Assembly: GCF_001447785.1 (NCBI RefSeq) | Contig: NW_015160215.1 | Location: 1,045,616 to 1,109,615, forward strand | DNA length: 64,000 nucleotides | Source: Gekko japonicus | Lineage: Eukaryota | Reading direction: 5' to 3' | In this document: positions 50,001 through 61,553 of the stretch, one piece after another | Layout of the letters: each line of letters begins with the position of its first letter | How positions within the stretch are numbered: position 1 is the first letter of the stretch | Position numbers and translations under genes: made by a program | The notes under the pieces: generated by a model | Told to the model about the DNA's origin: nothing | The model's database searches: none | What the model saw: only the letters and a program-made list of their open reading frames with translations

Positions 50001-50809
50001 AAATTGAATATGAATATGAGTGGTTGAAATATATGCAGATTTATGATCTTTTTAGATCTGACAAAAAAAACTATGGTTTTAGAGAGGAAAAAAATGAAAT
50101 TGAAAAGGTATGGGAGAGTGGAGGAGGAAAAAATATTTCTAAAATGTATAAGGTGTTGTTAAAATGGTATACTGAAGATGAAACTGTTAAAGAACAAATG
50201 TTAAAATGGGCTATTAATATGAATAAGGAAGTGGATATGGAAACTTGGGAATATTTGTGGAAAAACTCTATTAAGATCTCGACATGTACTAATGTTAAAG
50301 AAAATTGTTATAAGATGATGTATAGGTGGTACATGACACCTAAGAAGATTGCAAATATGAATCAAAATATGTCAAACAAATGTTGGAAATGTAAGAGGCA
50401 TGAGGGCTCATTTTATCATATGTGGTGGACTTGTGAGAAAGCTGTAGACTTTTGGACAAAAGTCCACAATGAAATGCAAAAAATACTGAAATGTTCTTTT
50501 AAAAAAGCACCGGAAATTCTGCTTTTGGGACTCAAAATGGAAGAAGTCAATACGACTAAAAAAACTTTACTCTGGTACCTGATAGTGACAGCGAGAATGA
50601 TTTATGCTCAGTTTTGGAAGACGGAAAAGGTACCAGAGGTTGAAGAATGGATACAAAAAGTTCTGTTCATGGCACAAATGGATAAGATTACAAAAAAACT
50701 GAATAACAAAGAAGACGATGAGTTTTTTGGAGAATGGAATGATTTTAAAATTTATCTGGAAAAGAACTGGGATGTGAAACAAAACTTAATATGTTTAGAT
50801 CAATATTAA
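47057..50809 (+). CDS. L1 ORF2, uninterrupted endonuclease-RT-zinc knuckle
   Basis: SWNVNG, LQETH, GDFN, SRID, SDH; YRPISLLN, DAEKAFD, QGCPLSP, FADD; CWKC..HMWWTC. Confidence 0.97.
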   Translation: MEYKLLSWNVNGLNSPNKRKRINHWIQKQKCNVICLQETHIRKQDIKYLKNALFGIEFCSAASNKKKGVVTYVKKELQPTEIFKDIDGRYVGVELMIQQKKTLLINVYAPNGAKEKFFKDITDQLQQLTYEQVIMAGDFNGTIDRLDRKPQKDNEFSGKLPKNFFELVKQEKLEDVWRKWNPMQKDFTFYSNRHCSFSRIDMIWMSEELSMKTHKTEILPRCNSDHNPVVWSSTERKKPFLWRINEDLLDKKTVIEMLKEETKQFFQQNLNKETPIQIVWDAYKAVMRGILISQNVKQKKEKLQKQTEVLEKIAQKEKELKKKPGKKQIIKELKLLKEQLNETWNQEMYWNLKKLQQKSFEGANKPGKYLAWQLKARRERRMITKIIEDGKEFVDPNGIKRCFFKYYAKLFQTTRVDLEKIKTYLKEIPLPKISKEYKDLLNGPIQKEEVMKAIEETKLGKAPGPDGFTAKFYKKMKEEISPVLEALTNEIRENKKVPDSWKEAIISLIPKEGQDSTNVKNYRPISLLNNDYKIFAKIIAERVKNYLQTVISEDQAGFLPKRQIRDNVRIVMDAIEYYEKHPEKEVAFLFVDAEKAFDNLNWNFMHQMMEKIEAGQHFRNCIEAIYSEQRAKINVNKELTDNFKVQKGTRQGCPLSPLLFIWVLEILLQKIQYDQEIKGLTHKGHQYKYRAFADDVMFMVENPTEKLTLLFQKIKEFGELAGFYVNKNKTKLICKNMIKQKQVELQELVQCEVVKKTKYLGIELTAKNIDLYKNNYEKLWTKLTQDFKKWDKMNLSLMGRISVIKMNVLPRLMFLFQTIPILHKTDLLAKWQQELSKFVWAGKKPRIKMKILCDAKERGGLQMPNLRLYYEAVCLTWMDQWVKLENDRLLGLEGHDCRFGWHAYLWYDKIKMDSFFKLHLVRKALYMVWTRYKKYQSDLRPLWIVPVEVLISYSRQRGRDWLPYRDLIKKEGTEWVMKKQNEIEYEYEWLKYMQIYDLFRSDKKNYGFREEKNEIEKVWESGGGKNISKMYKVLLKWYTEDETVKEQMLKWAINMNKEVDMETWEYLWKNSIKISTCTNVKENCYKMMYRWYMTPKKIANMNQNMSNKCWKCKRHEGSFYHMWWTCEKAVDFWTKVHNEMQKILKCSFKKAPEILLLGLKMEEVNTTKKTLLWYLIVTARMIYAQFWKTEKVPEVEEWIQKVLFMAQMDKITKKLNNKEDDEFFGEWNDFKIYLEKNWDVKQNLICLDQY

Positions 50810-52015
50810 GTCAAACGATGTTATCTTTAGATTGTAATGATGAAAAACTGATATTGTTGATGATATGAAGTAATTTGGAGCAGGGGTGGAAGCATTGTGG
50901 GAAGCCATTGGAGGGAGGGGAGGAACTGGGAATGGGGTAGACAATTGATAGAATGAAATGTTTTATATGTTGTATTCCTGAGAAAATAAAATTTGTTTAC
51001 CAAAAAAAAAAAAAAGATATTTAATATGTCACCACTAAGTAGCCATCAAAAGACAATAGGTGCTCCGGCCTCCTGACGGTGATGCAGCAAAGAGTTCTGA
51101 TTGCAAGAAAAGGAGCTGCTGTCAACCCCGGCTCTTTCATTTTAAGGTTGTTTTGCAAATCCCCATTAAACATGATCCTTACAAACTCACTGATCCAGCT
51201 TACACACTTTCTTTCCAGAGTAGGTGACAGCAGAGGGCATGAAGAGAGTGAATTCTTATAAGGGGGGGGGACCTTTTCCAATGTGTTTTCATGGCAAGCA
51301 CTGGGTGGTTGCTGACCTGCATTTCCCTTTGTGCTTCCTTTATTCTTTCCTAGCCATTGTACCATATGGCAGGAATTGACCTTTCGAGCAGAAAACCTCA
51401 GATTGCTGCTCCAAAAAGCACTGTAGATTATATTTGTCAAGCTACTCTATGCTGATACGCAGCTGGACTGGGATGTAACTGTAGGCATTGTTCTATGCTG
51501 TCCTTCCAAAAGCAGGGCTCCCTTCATAACACTTATTAAACTGTGGCTGGAGGCAGACAATAGTTTTTTTTCCCCCAGAGACTCATGGGGTGGGTCTAAA
51601 GGAACATCCCACTCCCTACCCCTAAGTGCCACTGAAGGGGAAGAGAACATGGTGCCATTATGAGAGGGTGTCAGGAGGCAGCAACAGAGCTGCTGGGGCA
51701 CAGCTGCAGCTGTGTGCCAAACATAATTACTAAGCAGCTAGATACCAGCAATGGCAAGTGAAATTATCACCCAGTGTGCTATTTTCTGCTAGCCACTCAG
51801 TAGCTGCACACCTGTTGTAGCTGTGGCCCTGACTACCTTACCACATATTCCAGTGATGTGCTGTGCCACCTCTTCTTTCAGTGGCACTGAAGTTAGAGAT
51901 GGGATATTCTCTGTAACCTCCCCCCCTCCAGCAATCCACTGCTAGATCTGAAAGAGGTATGATAAAAGACATAGCTGTACCTCAACATAAAACCCTTCTG
52001 CTACAGAGTTATGCT

Positions 52016-52307
52016 CTGAGCCAGTTTGGTGCAGTGGTTAAGTGCGTGGACTCTAATCTGGGAGAACCGGGTTTGATTCCCCACTCCTCCACTTGCACCT
52101 GGCTGAATGACCTTGGGTAAGCCTTAGCTCTGATAACAGCTGTTCTTGAAAAATAGCAGTTTCTGTCAAGAGCTCTCTCAGCCCCACCTACCTCACAGGG
52201 TGTCTGTTGTGGGGAGGGGAAGGGAAAGGAGTTTGTAAGTCGCTCTGAGACACCTTTGGGTAGTGAAGGGCGGGGTATAAATCCAATCTCTTCTTCTTCT
52301 TCTTCTT
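52016..52307 (+). mobile_element. tRNA-derived SINE, same family as 43636
   Basis: A and B boxes; (TTC)n tail. Confidence 0.9.
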
Positions 52308-52318
52308 GAAGACACATG

Positions 52319-52929
52319 GGCTGAGTTCAGACTGGCAGTTTGAAGTGGGAGGGAGTTGTGGCAAAAAAGAGCTGGAACAAACTGTTCCGGGTTTTCCCGG
52401 TCACACTGCGCGGACTGATGTGGGAGCATACCGGGAGGAGGTGTGAGGGAGCGTTCACACTGTTGGCCCAGAGGCGCGGCTGTAAGCAGCATTTTCCTCA
52501 TGGCAGATGCCTAGGTGCAGCGGCAAATAGGGCAGGATCTGGCTGCTGTGGCCAATAGGCACATCTGGCAACAGCACTACCCCCTATTCAAGGCAATCAC
52601 CTGCACTTTCCTGGTGCCAGAGTGAGGCTAGGAGGTCAGTCAGTGTAAACAGCCAGTGCACATTATTAACGCGGGCTGTTCGTGGCTTTTAGCGGTTAGC
52701 ATTCACCCTTCCGGGAAGCAGAATTAAGCGGGATAAACGGGCTCTCCAGGGTTTGCTACCACTTTCACCAGGTATCTTTTAAACCCTGGAGGCAAGCACT
52801 ACAAGACAGGTGGAGTACAGGTGGGGAACACCAGACAGATGTGCTTGTGTGAACAGCCCCTTTAATCCACTTGTGAAACGTTCCTCACATGCACCTATAT
52901 CGGGGCAAACTGCCAGTCTGAACTCAGCC
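52319..52929. mobile_element. Harbinger-type MITE
   Basis: TIR GGCTGAGTTCAGACTGGCAGTTTG with a perfect inverted end; TSD ATG. Confidence 0.85.
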
Positions 52930-53759
52930 ATGATGGAGCAATCTTGCTGAAGATAAGCTGGTGTGGGTCTGGTCAGTGTCTGGATGTGAGACTGTCTGGG
53001 AACCCTATGCATGTTGTCTTGAGTTCAGAAATGAAATATTAATAAAATAAATGAAGCTAATATCTTAGATCCACTGATCTGTAAATGGCACTCTGCTTGT
53101 GGAATGGAACCTTTTTGGCTCCCCTATTACTGCAAATGCTGGGTATGAAATTGTGGTCTGCAGCTGAAAGGAGACATAAATGAAAATTGTCCTTCTGCAC
53201 CAGTGGAAGTGGCTTTGTGCTGGAAGAAAATAACTACAGGATCCATTCTGAGTCTGTGAAAGTTTTGCTCCAGAAACCTTCCAGGTGTATATCTTAACCT
53301 AATTAATATGCAATCCTATATACGCCATTGAATGTAAGGGACTTACTTCTGACTAAATAGGTTTAGGATTGCACTGCACAGCTGAAGAACATCTCTTGTA
53401 TCACATTTTAAGACTGTTACAAACGGCAGGCTATTGGACTTTTATACACTACATGAAATATCTTTTTCTCTTAGTCCACTCATTTCAGATTTTTTGTTTT
53501 ACTGAAAATCCCATCTGAAGTGTTCTGAGGAATTCTGAAGTTTGCATATTACCATCAGATGCTTTAGTTTCATTATGAAAAGTAATGACTCTGTAATTCC
53601 ACATCAACTCTCCTAACATTATTGACTGTTTCCATTTTATTTAGCATTATGATATAACTAGCAGTAAAGCCCGTTGTGAAAGCAATACAACGGGATCTAG
53701 AAAGAGGCTCTGGGGCAGTGCTCTGGCTTTGGGCAAACAGTGTCAATTTGCTGTGGTGA

Positions 53760-55820
53760 CCTCAGCAGGGTATAATGACAGAGTCCACTGTTTTCTCCAG
53801 AGGAACTGATCTCTGCTACCTGAAGAGCAGTTGTAATTGTGAGTAATCTGTAGCCCTCACCTGGAGATTGGCAACAATTGTTACCCAGGACAAAATGGCT
53901 GGTTTGGAGGGTGGAGTCTATGGCATTCTACCTGTCTGAGGTCCCACCCCTCTGCAAACCCCACCCTCTCCAGGCTCCACCCCTCAAATCCCCAGGAATT
54001 TGTCAGCATGTAGTTGGCAACCCCATCTCCTTCCCAGCTAGCCACCAACCTACCATTATCTGCCCCTTTGACTTCAGCTGACTTCTGCCCTCCCTTCTGC
54101 AGAACAGTTGTAATACTGAGTGCTCTCCAGCCCTCACCTGGAGATTGGCAACAATGGTTCCCTATGTGAGACTGACTGGTTTGGAGGGTGGAGTCTATGG
54201 CAGTGTACCTGTCTGAGGTCCCACCCCTCCTCAAACCTCACCCTCTTCAGGCTCCATCCCTCAAACCTCCAGGAATTTCCCATCTGGAGTTGGCAACCCT
54301 ATCAGGATTGGCCCCAATGTGTTTTCTCCCAAAGGCCAAAGTAGGTGACAGGACCAAGCTTAGTTGCCTACCAACAGGCACTGAGGGGAATGTAGGGTTG
54401 CCAGCTCTAAGGAGGGAAATACCTGGAGGTTTGGGGGGTGGATTCTGTAGAGGGCCGGGCGACGGAGGCATCGGCCTTCTGTCGCCCGCCTTGCCCCCCC
54501 AATCTCGGCCCGGGCGACCGCGGCTCCCGCCAGCGNNNNNNNNNNNNNNNNNNNNNNNNNNNNNNNNNNNNNNNNNNNNNNNNNNNNNNNNNNNNNNNNN
54601 NNNNNNNNNNNNNNNNNNNNNNNNNNNNNNNNNNNNNNNNNNNNNNNNNNNNNNNNNNNNNNNNNNNNNNNNNNNNNNNNNNNNNNNNNNNNNNNNNNNN
54701 NNNNNNNNNNNNNNNNNNNNNNNNNNNNNNNNNNNNNNNNNNNNNNNNNNNNNNNNNNNNNNNNNNNNNNNNNNNNNNNNNNNNNNNNNNNNNNNNNNNN
54801 NNNNNNNNNNNNNNNNNNNNNNNNNNNNNNNNNNNNNNNNNNNNNNNNNNNNNNNNNNNNNNNNNNNNNNNNNNNNNNNNNNNNNNNNNNNNNNNNNNNN
54901 NNNNNNNNNNNNNNNNNNNNNNNNNNNNNNNNNNNNNNNNNNNNNNNNNNNNNNNNNNNNNNNNNNNNNNNNNNNNNNNNNNNNNNNNNNNNNNNNNNNN
55001 NNNNNNNNNNNNNNNNNNNNNNNNNNNNNNNNNNNNNNNNNNNNNNNNNNNNNNNNNNNNNNNNNNNNNNNNNNNNNNNNNNNNNNNNNNNNNNNNNNNN
55101 NNNNNNNNNNNNNNNNNNNNNNNNNNNNNNNNNNNNNNNNNNNNNNNNNNNNNNNNNNNNNNNNNNNNNNNNNNNNNNNNNNNNNNNNNNNNNNNNNNNN
55201 NNNNNNNNNNNNNNNNNNNNNNNNNNNNNNNNNNNNNNNNNNNNNNNNNNNTTCTGTAGAGGGCAGCATTGGGCGGGGGGGGGGCGGAAGGACTCAGCAG
55301 GTATAATGTCATAGGGTCTACCCTCCTAAAGCAGTCATTTTCTCTAGGGGAACTGATCTCTGTCATCTGGAGATCAATTGTAGCAGTGGGAGATCTCCAG
55401 GTCCCACCTGGAGATTGGCAACCCTAGGGGAAAGTCAACTCTGCACAGCAGGGGGTTGAAGAGAATGGTTTGATGGCTGCTGGGCCAAGATTGGCAACAA
55501 TAGTTCCCCAGGAGCCCCATCGTAAATGCACCAAACAATTCCTCAAGATTTTCCAAAACACTACTCTGTTTTGGGCTCCTGGGGAACTTTGTAGTAGCAC
55601 CAAAGCTTTAAGATCTCTCCAGCTGTCACCTGGAGACTGGCAACAGCTTGTCTGGAGTGTGGGCAGCATGGCATTGTATCTGTCTGAGGTCCCCCTCTTC
55701 CTCCTCCTCCTCAGATCCCACCCTCAGCAGGCTTCATCCCTAAAATATCCTGGAAGTTTCCAACCTGGAGTTGGCAACCCTATGTCCTGGAGTTCGAACC
55801 TGGAGTTGGCAACCATCAGC
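53760..55820. repeat. Cluster of tandem and nested 'TGGCAACC' MITE units around an assembly gap
   Basis: Repeated CACCTGGAGATTGGCAAC and CTGAGGTCCC..GGAGTTGGCAACC units. Confidence 0.75.
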
Positions 55821-58800
55821 CAACGTTTATCTGCCTGTCTGTCTTTACAAACTCCCCCCCCACACACACACAGCCTCTGCCTAGGGAGCAGCTGACATCA
55901 TTCTCCTCTCCCAACTGAAAATTCCAACTTGCGGGGGGGGGGGGGAGTTTTAGGTGTGGAATGGAGTGTAGTCCAATCAGCTTCCATATGTAAATGACCT
56001 TGGAACGCTGGCCGGGACTGCACAAAGCAGCCAGTGAACCCAGCCAGTGTCTTCCGAGTGGCAGTTTTTTCGGCCTAACACTAAAGGGGCCAATTTTAGA
56101 ATTCTGGCACCCACTACTCTTTTATAATAAGGGAGAGATTATTCTTAGTGGCATATTACATTATTTTACCTACCAGTCACCACTTGGAAGGAAGTTTGAT
56201 ACGGTTCCAAGGTAAACTCAGCCACTGCATTTTTCCTTTATGGCTATGACTGAATAAAGCAACATGCATGTGTTGGAGACAACCCTGTCCACACTGAAAG
56301 GGGATGCTTTTGTATACTGCTGAAGAGACAAGGGCCTTGTTTGTTTGAATCTTACATGGAAATGTGGGTTGTCTCTTCAACATGTGGAAATGTCAATAAA
56401 CATCTATGTTTAGCTTTTCTAGAGATTATTTTTTTGGGCTGCTGGCTATTTGAAACTACACCAAGGATAATTGCTGGACCCCAGATCTCTTTTTTAAATT
56501 TTATATATCCTTTAACAACACATATACAAATAACAAGTAACAATATCAGCCTGTAGGACCGATATTAAAAAGGGTGTAGGTTTGGATATACATTGTTTCC
56601 CCACATTTCCATTACAAAGAAGTTCTATTACTGAGGTCTGAATGATACCGAAAATAAAGATGGGTGTGGGTGGTAACACTACGAAGGGGAATGCACTGCT
56701 TTTCTACAAGTACCTTTCAATGGAGAGTAAAAATAAGCAACATTTTTTTTTAATCAAGTGGCAAAAAAAATTGTATTTAGGAGTGCTATAGGATTAAGGC
56801 TGCAATCCTATGCATGCTTACTTGAGAAGAAACTCCATTCAAATGACTAGACATTCCTTCTGACTAAGCATTCATCGCATCAAGCTGTATGGCGCCACCA
56901 ACATGTTTCTGGACGAATCATTCTTTCTGTAAAAGTCTAATTTCCTACTGATCCTCTTCCCCATTCCTTTATACTGTTTTAAACACAGACAAGGTAGGAT
57001 TACCAACCAACCAACCATAAAGAAAGAAAAATGTCCTCACCTTCTAATTTCTTTTTAATAGAGATCTGATAACATCAGAAATCAGTAGGTGAAACTTTTC
57101 ATGCCATGTCACTGAACCATGCCATATGAATTTCTGCACAACAAACTGAATCTTAAGAGACAGCAACAAGGTCAGTTCAAAAGCTGGCAACCCTAACAGT
57201 ACAATTCTAAACAGAATTACACCTATCCAAATCTATTAAGTTAATAGGCTTAGAAGGGAGGCCATATCTCCTCCTAAAAATGGGTTTCTCCTCTGACTCC
57301 TAATATTCTGGCAGAGCAGTTTTAAGGTGTTTTCCATCTTGCCGACCATCTTGCAGTTGAAAGCATGACAGTGTAGTCCTAACCAGAGTTACACTTTTCC
57401 AAGCCCATTTAAGTCAATGGGCTTCAAAGAGTATACCTCTATTTAGGATTGCACTGTTAATTTCTTAAACTACCTAAGGATCTCTCTTCCTTGAAGTTAT
57501 TTTCAATGTACTTTTAAAATACTCATCTTCAGTTCACCCCATATCAATAACCTATGCTGCCCATCGCCTATAGTCTTTTAATCTGAAAAAAAAAATTGGA
57601 TTGAATTTTCAGTGTAAGAGTAACTTGCAGAATGGTTTTTATAAACATCACAGCATAAAACATATTATCAATTGTCTGTTTGTCATAATTATTCTTTCAA
57701 AAATAAATAAAGGAAGGTATGGACCATGATTCTTATGAAGTTAAGCATTTGCTTAGTACCTGCTTACTTAAAATTGCTTAACTTTAGTTTAATCTTTCGA
57801 TTTCCAAAAAAAAGCAACACCGAAGAATGTTTCATGTAATCGAGAATAAAATGCAATGTATAGAATTGCATACTACAAAGCACTTTATCACATCAAACAC
57901 ATTTAAGAAAATATCTTACAAGGTTTTACATATAATTTTATCAACAATATGGACTAAAATCAACATGGTCAGATATTGATTTAAAAAAAAGATATTTTAT
58001 ATATATAAAAAAACAGGGACTATCTATGACAAATTTGTTTTATACCAGAAACCAGCATTCAGGCAATAAAGATAATGTTGGTATTGTGCAGGTAGGGCAG
58101 ATGTTGTTCATAAAAAAAAGTCTGCCAGGAAATGGCATTTTCCCAGAGCTGACTTAAAGCTATACAGAGGTGTTCTGTGGAATGTGAGCTTGATTTGGAA
58201 CTCTTCATAATCGATTTGCAAACCTCTGGATTTGAATTGCAAACTTTTGCCTTGAAGTAGGAAGATTAAATCCTCTCATGAGGAAAAATGTCTGTGGATT
58301 CTGGAATGAACTGTATGTTAAATACAGGAACATAGGTATCAGAGTTAAACTCTTGGCAGGCAGGAAACTTGTTTTGCTGAATTTCTCTATTGTATAGCCA
58401 GCATTATTGCCATTCTGCTTCTAGGGGATGAAATGGCTTAAAATATTCACTGGACCATAGTTCTCTATAAGGTCAGATTCTTTGGACCAATCCACATTTG
58501 TGACTGTTGGTGATCTGTGTCTCCCTGGTAACATTTCATTAAAGATAAAGAAGACACATAACATTGTGGCACACCACACATCTACTTTAATTAAAAATTT
58601 CGGGGAGGAGAAGGCATAGGTCAACGGAAACCTCGTGTTTCTTGTAACATGTGATTTGTTCCTTATCACTGGTGAATGTGCTCCTTACACAGCCTTTTCA
58701 AACAACTATTTATCTACTTATGTGAAAGAGAAAACATCAGAGGACACTCATAATATTTCTGTTCCTCTTCTCTTGCTAAAAATCGGGTGTTTGTTTTTTG

Positions 58801-58867
58801 CTGCCACAGAGTAGAAATGGCTCACAGAAGGAACTTATTCCCTATGAACAGTTATTTGGTAATCTAG

Positions 58868-59300
58868 GGCCCCAGTCACACGGGAGGATTTGCCCCGCAA
58901 AATGGATGGGTTGAGGGCGCATCAAATGGGCGTGATCATATGGCAATATCTGGGAAGCGTAGCGCACCCGTCACCAACCCGTACTGTCAGCCTTAAGAAG
59001 CTGATTTTAAAAGTACCAGCAAAAGCGTAGTAGCAACCGAAAAACGCAGGTCGCAGGCGAGCGTCGGATCGCGGAAGCGGAGTTAATCCGGCGAATCCAG
59101 CACGCGCACACACATCTGATTGCACTATGCCGGTTCTTCCTGGCCTTTGTTGTGCTTCAACATCACCATGTGATTGCTGGCTATTGCCGTATGCGCAGCA
59201 CCTCGGGGAACGGTATTATCGCGTTACTGCAAATCTTTTTGATCCAGCGCTAAAATGCCTCCCTTCCACTGCAGATTTTCCCGCTCGTGCGACCGGGGCC
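58868..59300. mobile_element. Harbinger-type MITE, related to 9805-10276
   Basis: GGCCCCAGTCACACG / CGTGCGACCGGGGCC; TSD TAG. Confidence 0.8.
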
Positions 59301-59569
59301 TAGCTATAGTAGTATCCATACCACTTTTAAATTATTGCAGTGAAATCAACTCTAATTGCCTTGTGAAGGGCAGAAGGGATCACTGTCTCCACATCATCTG
59401 ACGTCTGGACTAACATTGGCATTTGCTTTGTTGCATTCGTTCAACATGAATGTTGTGTTTAACTGGCTTGAAAGGACCATTGCATCACTTTACTGTCATC
59501 ACCTGTGCTTTCTTTCTGTACCTTTCTGATAATATCAGAACCTGTTTATGTGCTGGTTCAAGTGGGCAT

Positions 59570-59751
59570 CAGGGCTCTTTTTGTAGCAGGAACTCCTTTG
59601 CATATTAGACGACACGCCCCTAATGTAGCCAATCCTCCAAGAGCTTACAGTAGCCCCTGTAAGAAGAGCTCTGTAAGCTCTTGGAGGATTGGCTACATTA
59701 GGGGTGTGTCGCCTAATATGCAAATGAGTTCCTGCTACAAAAAGAGCCCTG
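59570..59751. mobile_element. Near-perfect palindromic MITE (second copy at about 60281-60460)
   Basis: CAGGGCTCTTTTTGTAGCAGGAACTC...GAGTTCCTGCTACAAAAAGAGCCCTG. Confidence 0.85.
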
Positions 59752-61031
59752 GTTAGGTGTCCCAGGGGCTTGTTCCCATGTTACTTCACAAGTATATGGA
59801 TGAGGAACCACATAAATGGGGCCATTGCAGTGGTGCCTTTTCAGTAGCAGTCTGAAAGTGGTTGAATGTTGAGTTAGTAAGCATATCATCAGTCTCTCCT
59901 GCTTGATATGAATTATTGTATATTACAAGAGTAGCTAAAATAAATCATGGTGGTCATATATCCGTACCTCATGTGGAGATAGTGGTTCATACAAATAGCA
60001 CTTTCTCGTGATCCCAGCCAGGATGTGATCTTTTCTATGATCATGTGCTCCAGGAGATGATTACTTGGGCCTTCCATACTATATAAATCCTATTTCAGTG
60101 GTGTGGCATTGCTGTTGTATATATAGATAATGGTGGAGTTTACTGATGTAGCCCAGTGCATATCAACCAGGCTTACCCACAGAGGAAATGGCAAAGAACC
60201 TAACTGACAACAACAATGGAGTGCTCATCCCACTGTTTTATGGGGAAATTATTTTTAAGTCAATTGGCTTCGGGCCTTAACAAGTCTCTTTTTGTAGCAG
60301 GAACTCCTTTGCAAATTAGGTGACACACCCCTAATGTAGCCAATCCTCTAAGAACTTACAGAGCTCTTCTTACAGGGGCTACTGTAAGCTCTTGGAGGAT
60401 TGGCTACATTAGGGGTGTGTCGCCTAATATGCAAAGGAGTTCCTGCTACAAAAAGAGCTGCAGTGGACCACATGTGATTACTTCTGTTATTACATGGGCA
60501 TGAACAAGATCACAGCTGGGCTGAGTTCACATGGAGGTGGTACTTCTATAAACTGCTGTCCCCACACAACAGATCTCCACATGATCACCTTGATTCCCAC
60601 CACTGTGATGGTCCCTTCCACATCAATCAGATTACATCATGTAGCAGCTGCTTGTATAGTTCCCTATGGAATACCAATTCATGCAAATGGCTCCTCCACA
60701 TGAGCCTAGCCAGTCGAGGAGCCCAGCATCAGACCTGCACATTCTTGGAGTTCATTTTTATCTCACTGTTATGTAAAAACAAGCTCAAATCTTCCAGCTT
60801 TGATTGTTTGTACAAATGATGCCAAAGCAGTTTTTACGCTGTCTATTATTTATATGTATAAAAATTCTATTAGCTATAATAATAAGTCAAGTTGAAAGTG
60901 GTTGCTCTGCTTCTATTTGTCTTAACATTATTCACAAATGTCTCATTCCAGAACAAAAGGTTTTTCAGCATCATTCATAAAAAATTTTTTTTTTAAGATT
61001 TGGTTATCTTTAAAACTTAAAAAATGCAAGT

Positions 61032-61072
61032 TCCTCCTCCTCCTCCTCCTCCTCCTCCTACTACTACTACTA

Positions 61073-61107
<35 letters not shown>
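61032..61107. repeat. (CCT)n(ACT)n compound microsatellite, tail of an antisense L2-like fragment
   Basis: Direct inspection. Confidence 0.9.
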
Positions 61108-61108
<1 letters not shown>

Positions 61109-61240
61109 TTATACCACCCTCCCCACAGAGTGGGCTCAGAATGGTGTACAGCATTTAATATCAAGAAACATTAAACACATATACAAATGAAATACAGAAA
61201 TCATAAAAACAGGCAGATGATACAAAAGAAGCATAAAGCC

Positions 61241-61553
61241 CAGGGCTCTAGTCGGGGGGGAGCTCTCAGGTACGGAGCTCCGGAAGAGAACCTCTAGGGG
61301 GCGGGGCGGTCACGTGGTGAAGCCCCGCCCCCTTCTTTACCCCGCCCTCTGCTTCGATCCTCATTCCGTTTGGGAATGAGGATGAAGCAGGAGGGTAAGT
61401 AGCCGGGCCTTCTGACACACTTCCGGTGATGTCAGGGGGTGTGGCCTTCTGTCACTTCCGGTGATGTCAGGGGGCGTGGCATATGCAAATAAGTTATGCT
61501 AATGAGTTATGCTAATGAGCTCCGGCAGCTCTTTTTCTACAACAAGACCCCTG
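61241..61553. mobile_element. hAT MITE, same family as the element starting at about 16074
   Basis: CAGGG...CCCTG ends; 8-bp TSD ATAAAGCC. Confidence 0.88.

Larger units (their letters stand above)
45036..51013 (+). mobile_element. Full-length young L1 LINE
   Basis: 17-bp TSD AAGATATTTAATATGTC (45019-45035, 51014-51030); CpG-rich 5' UTR starting GTGGCTTCCGG; AATAAA plus poly(A). Confidence 0.97.

Noticed and set aside
54188-55366. 273-372 aa ORFs
   Set aside because: They span an N gap and MITE sequence
60938-61174. Poly-Leu / poly-Ser-Arg ORFs
   Set aside because: Translations of a microsatellite
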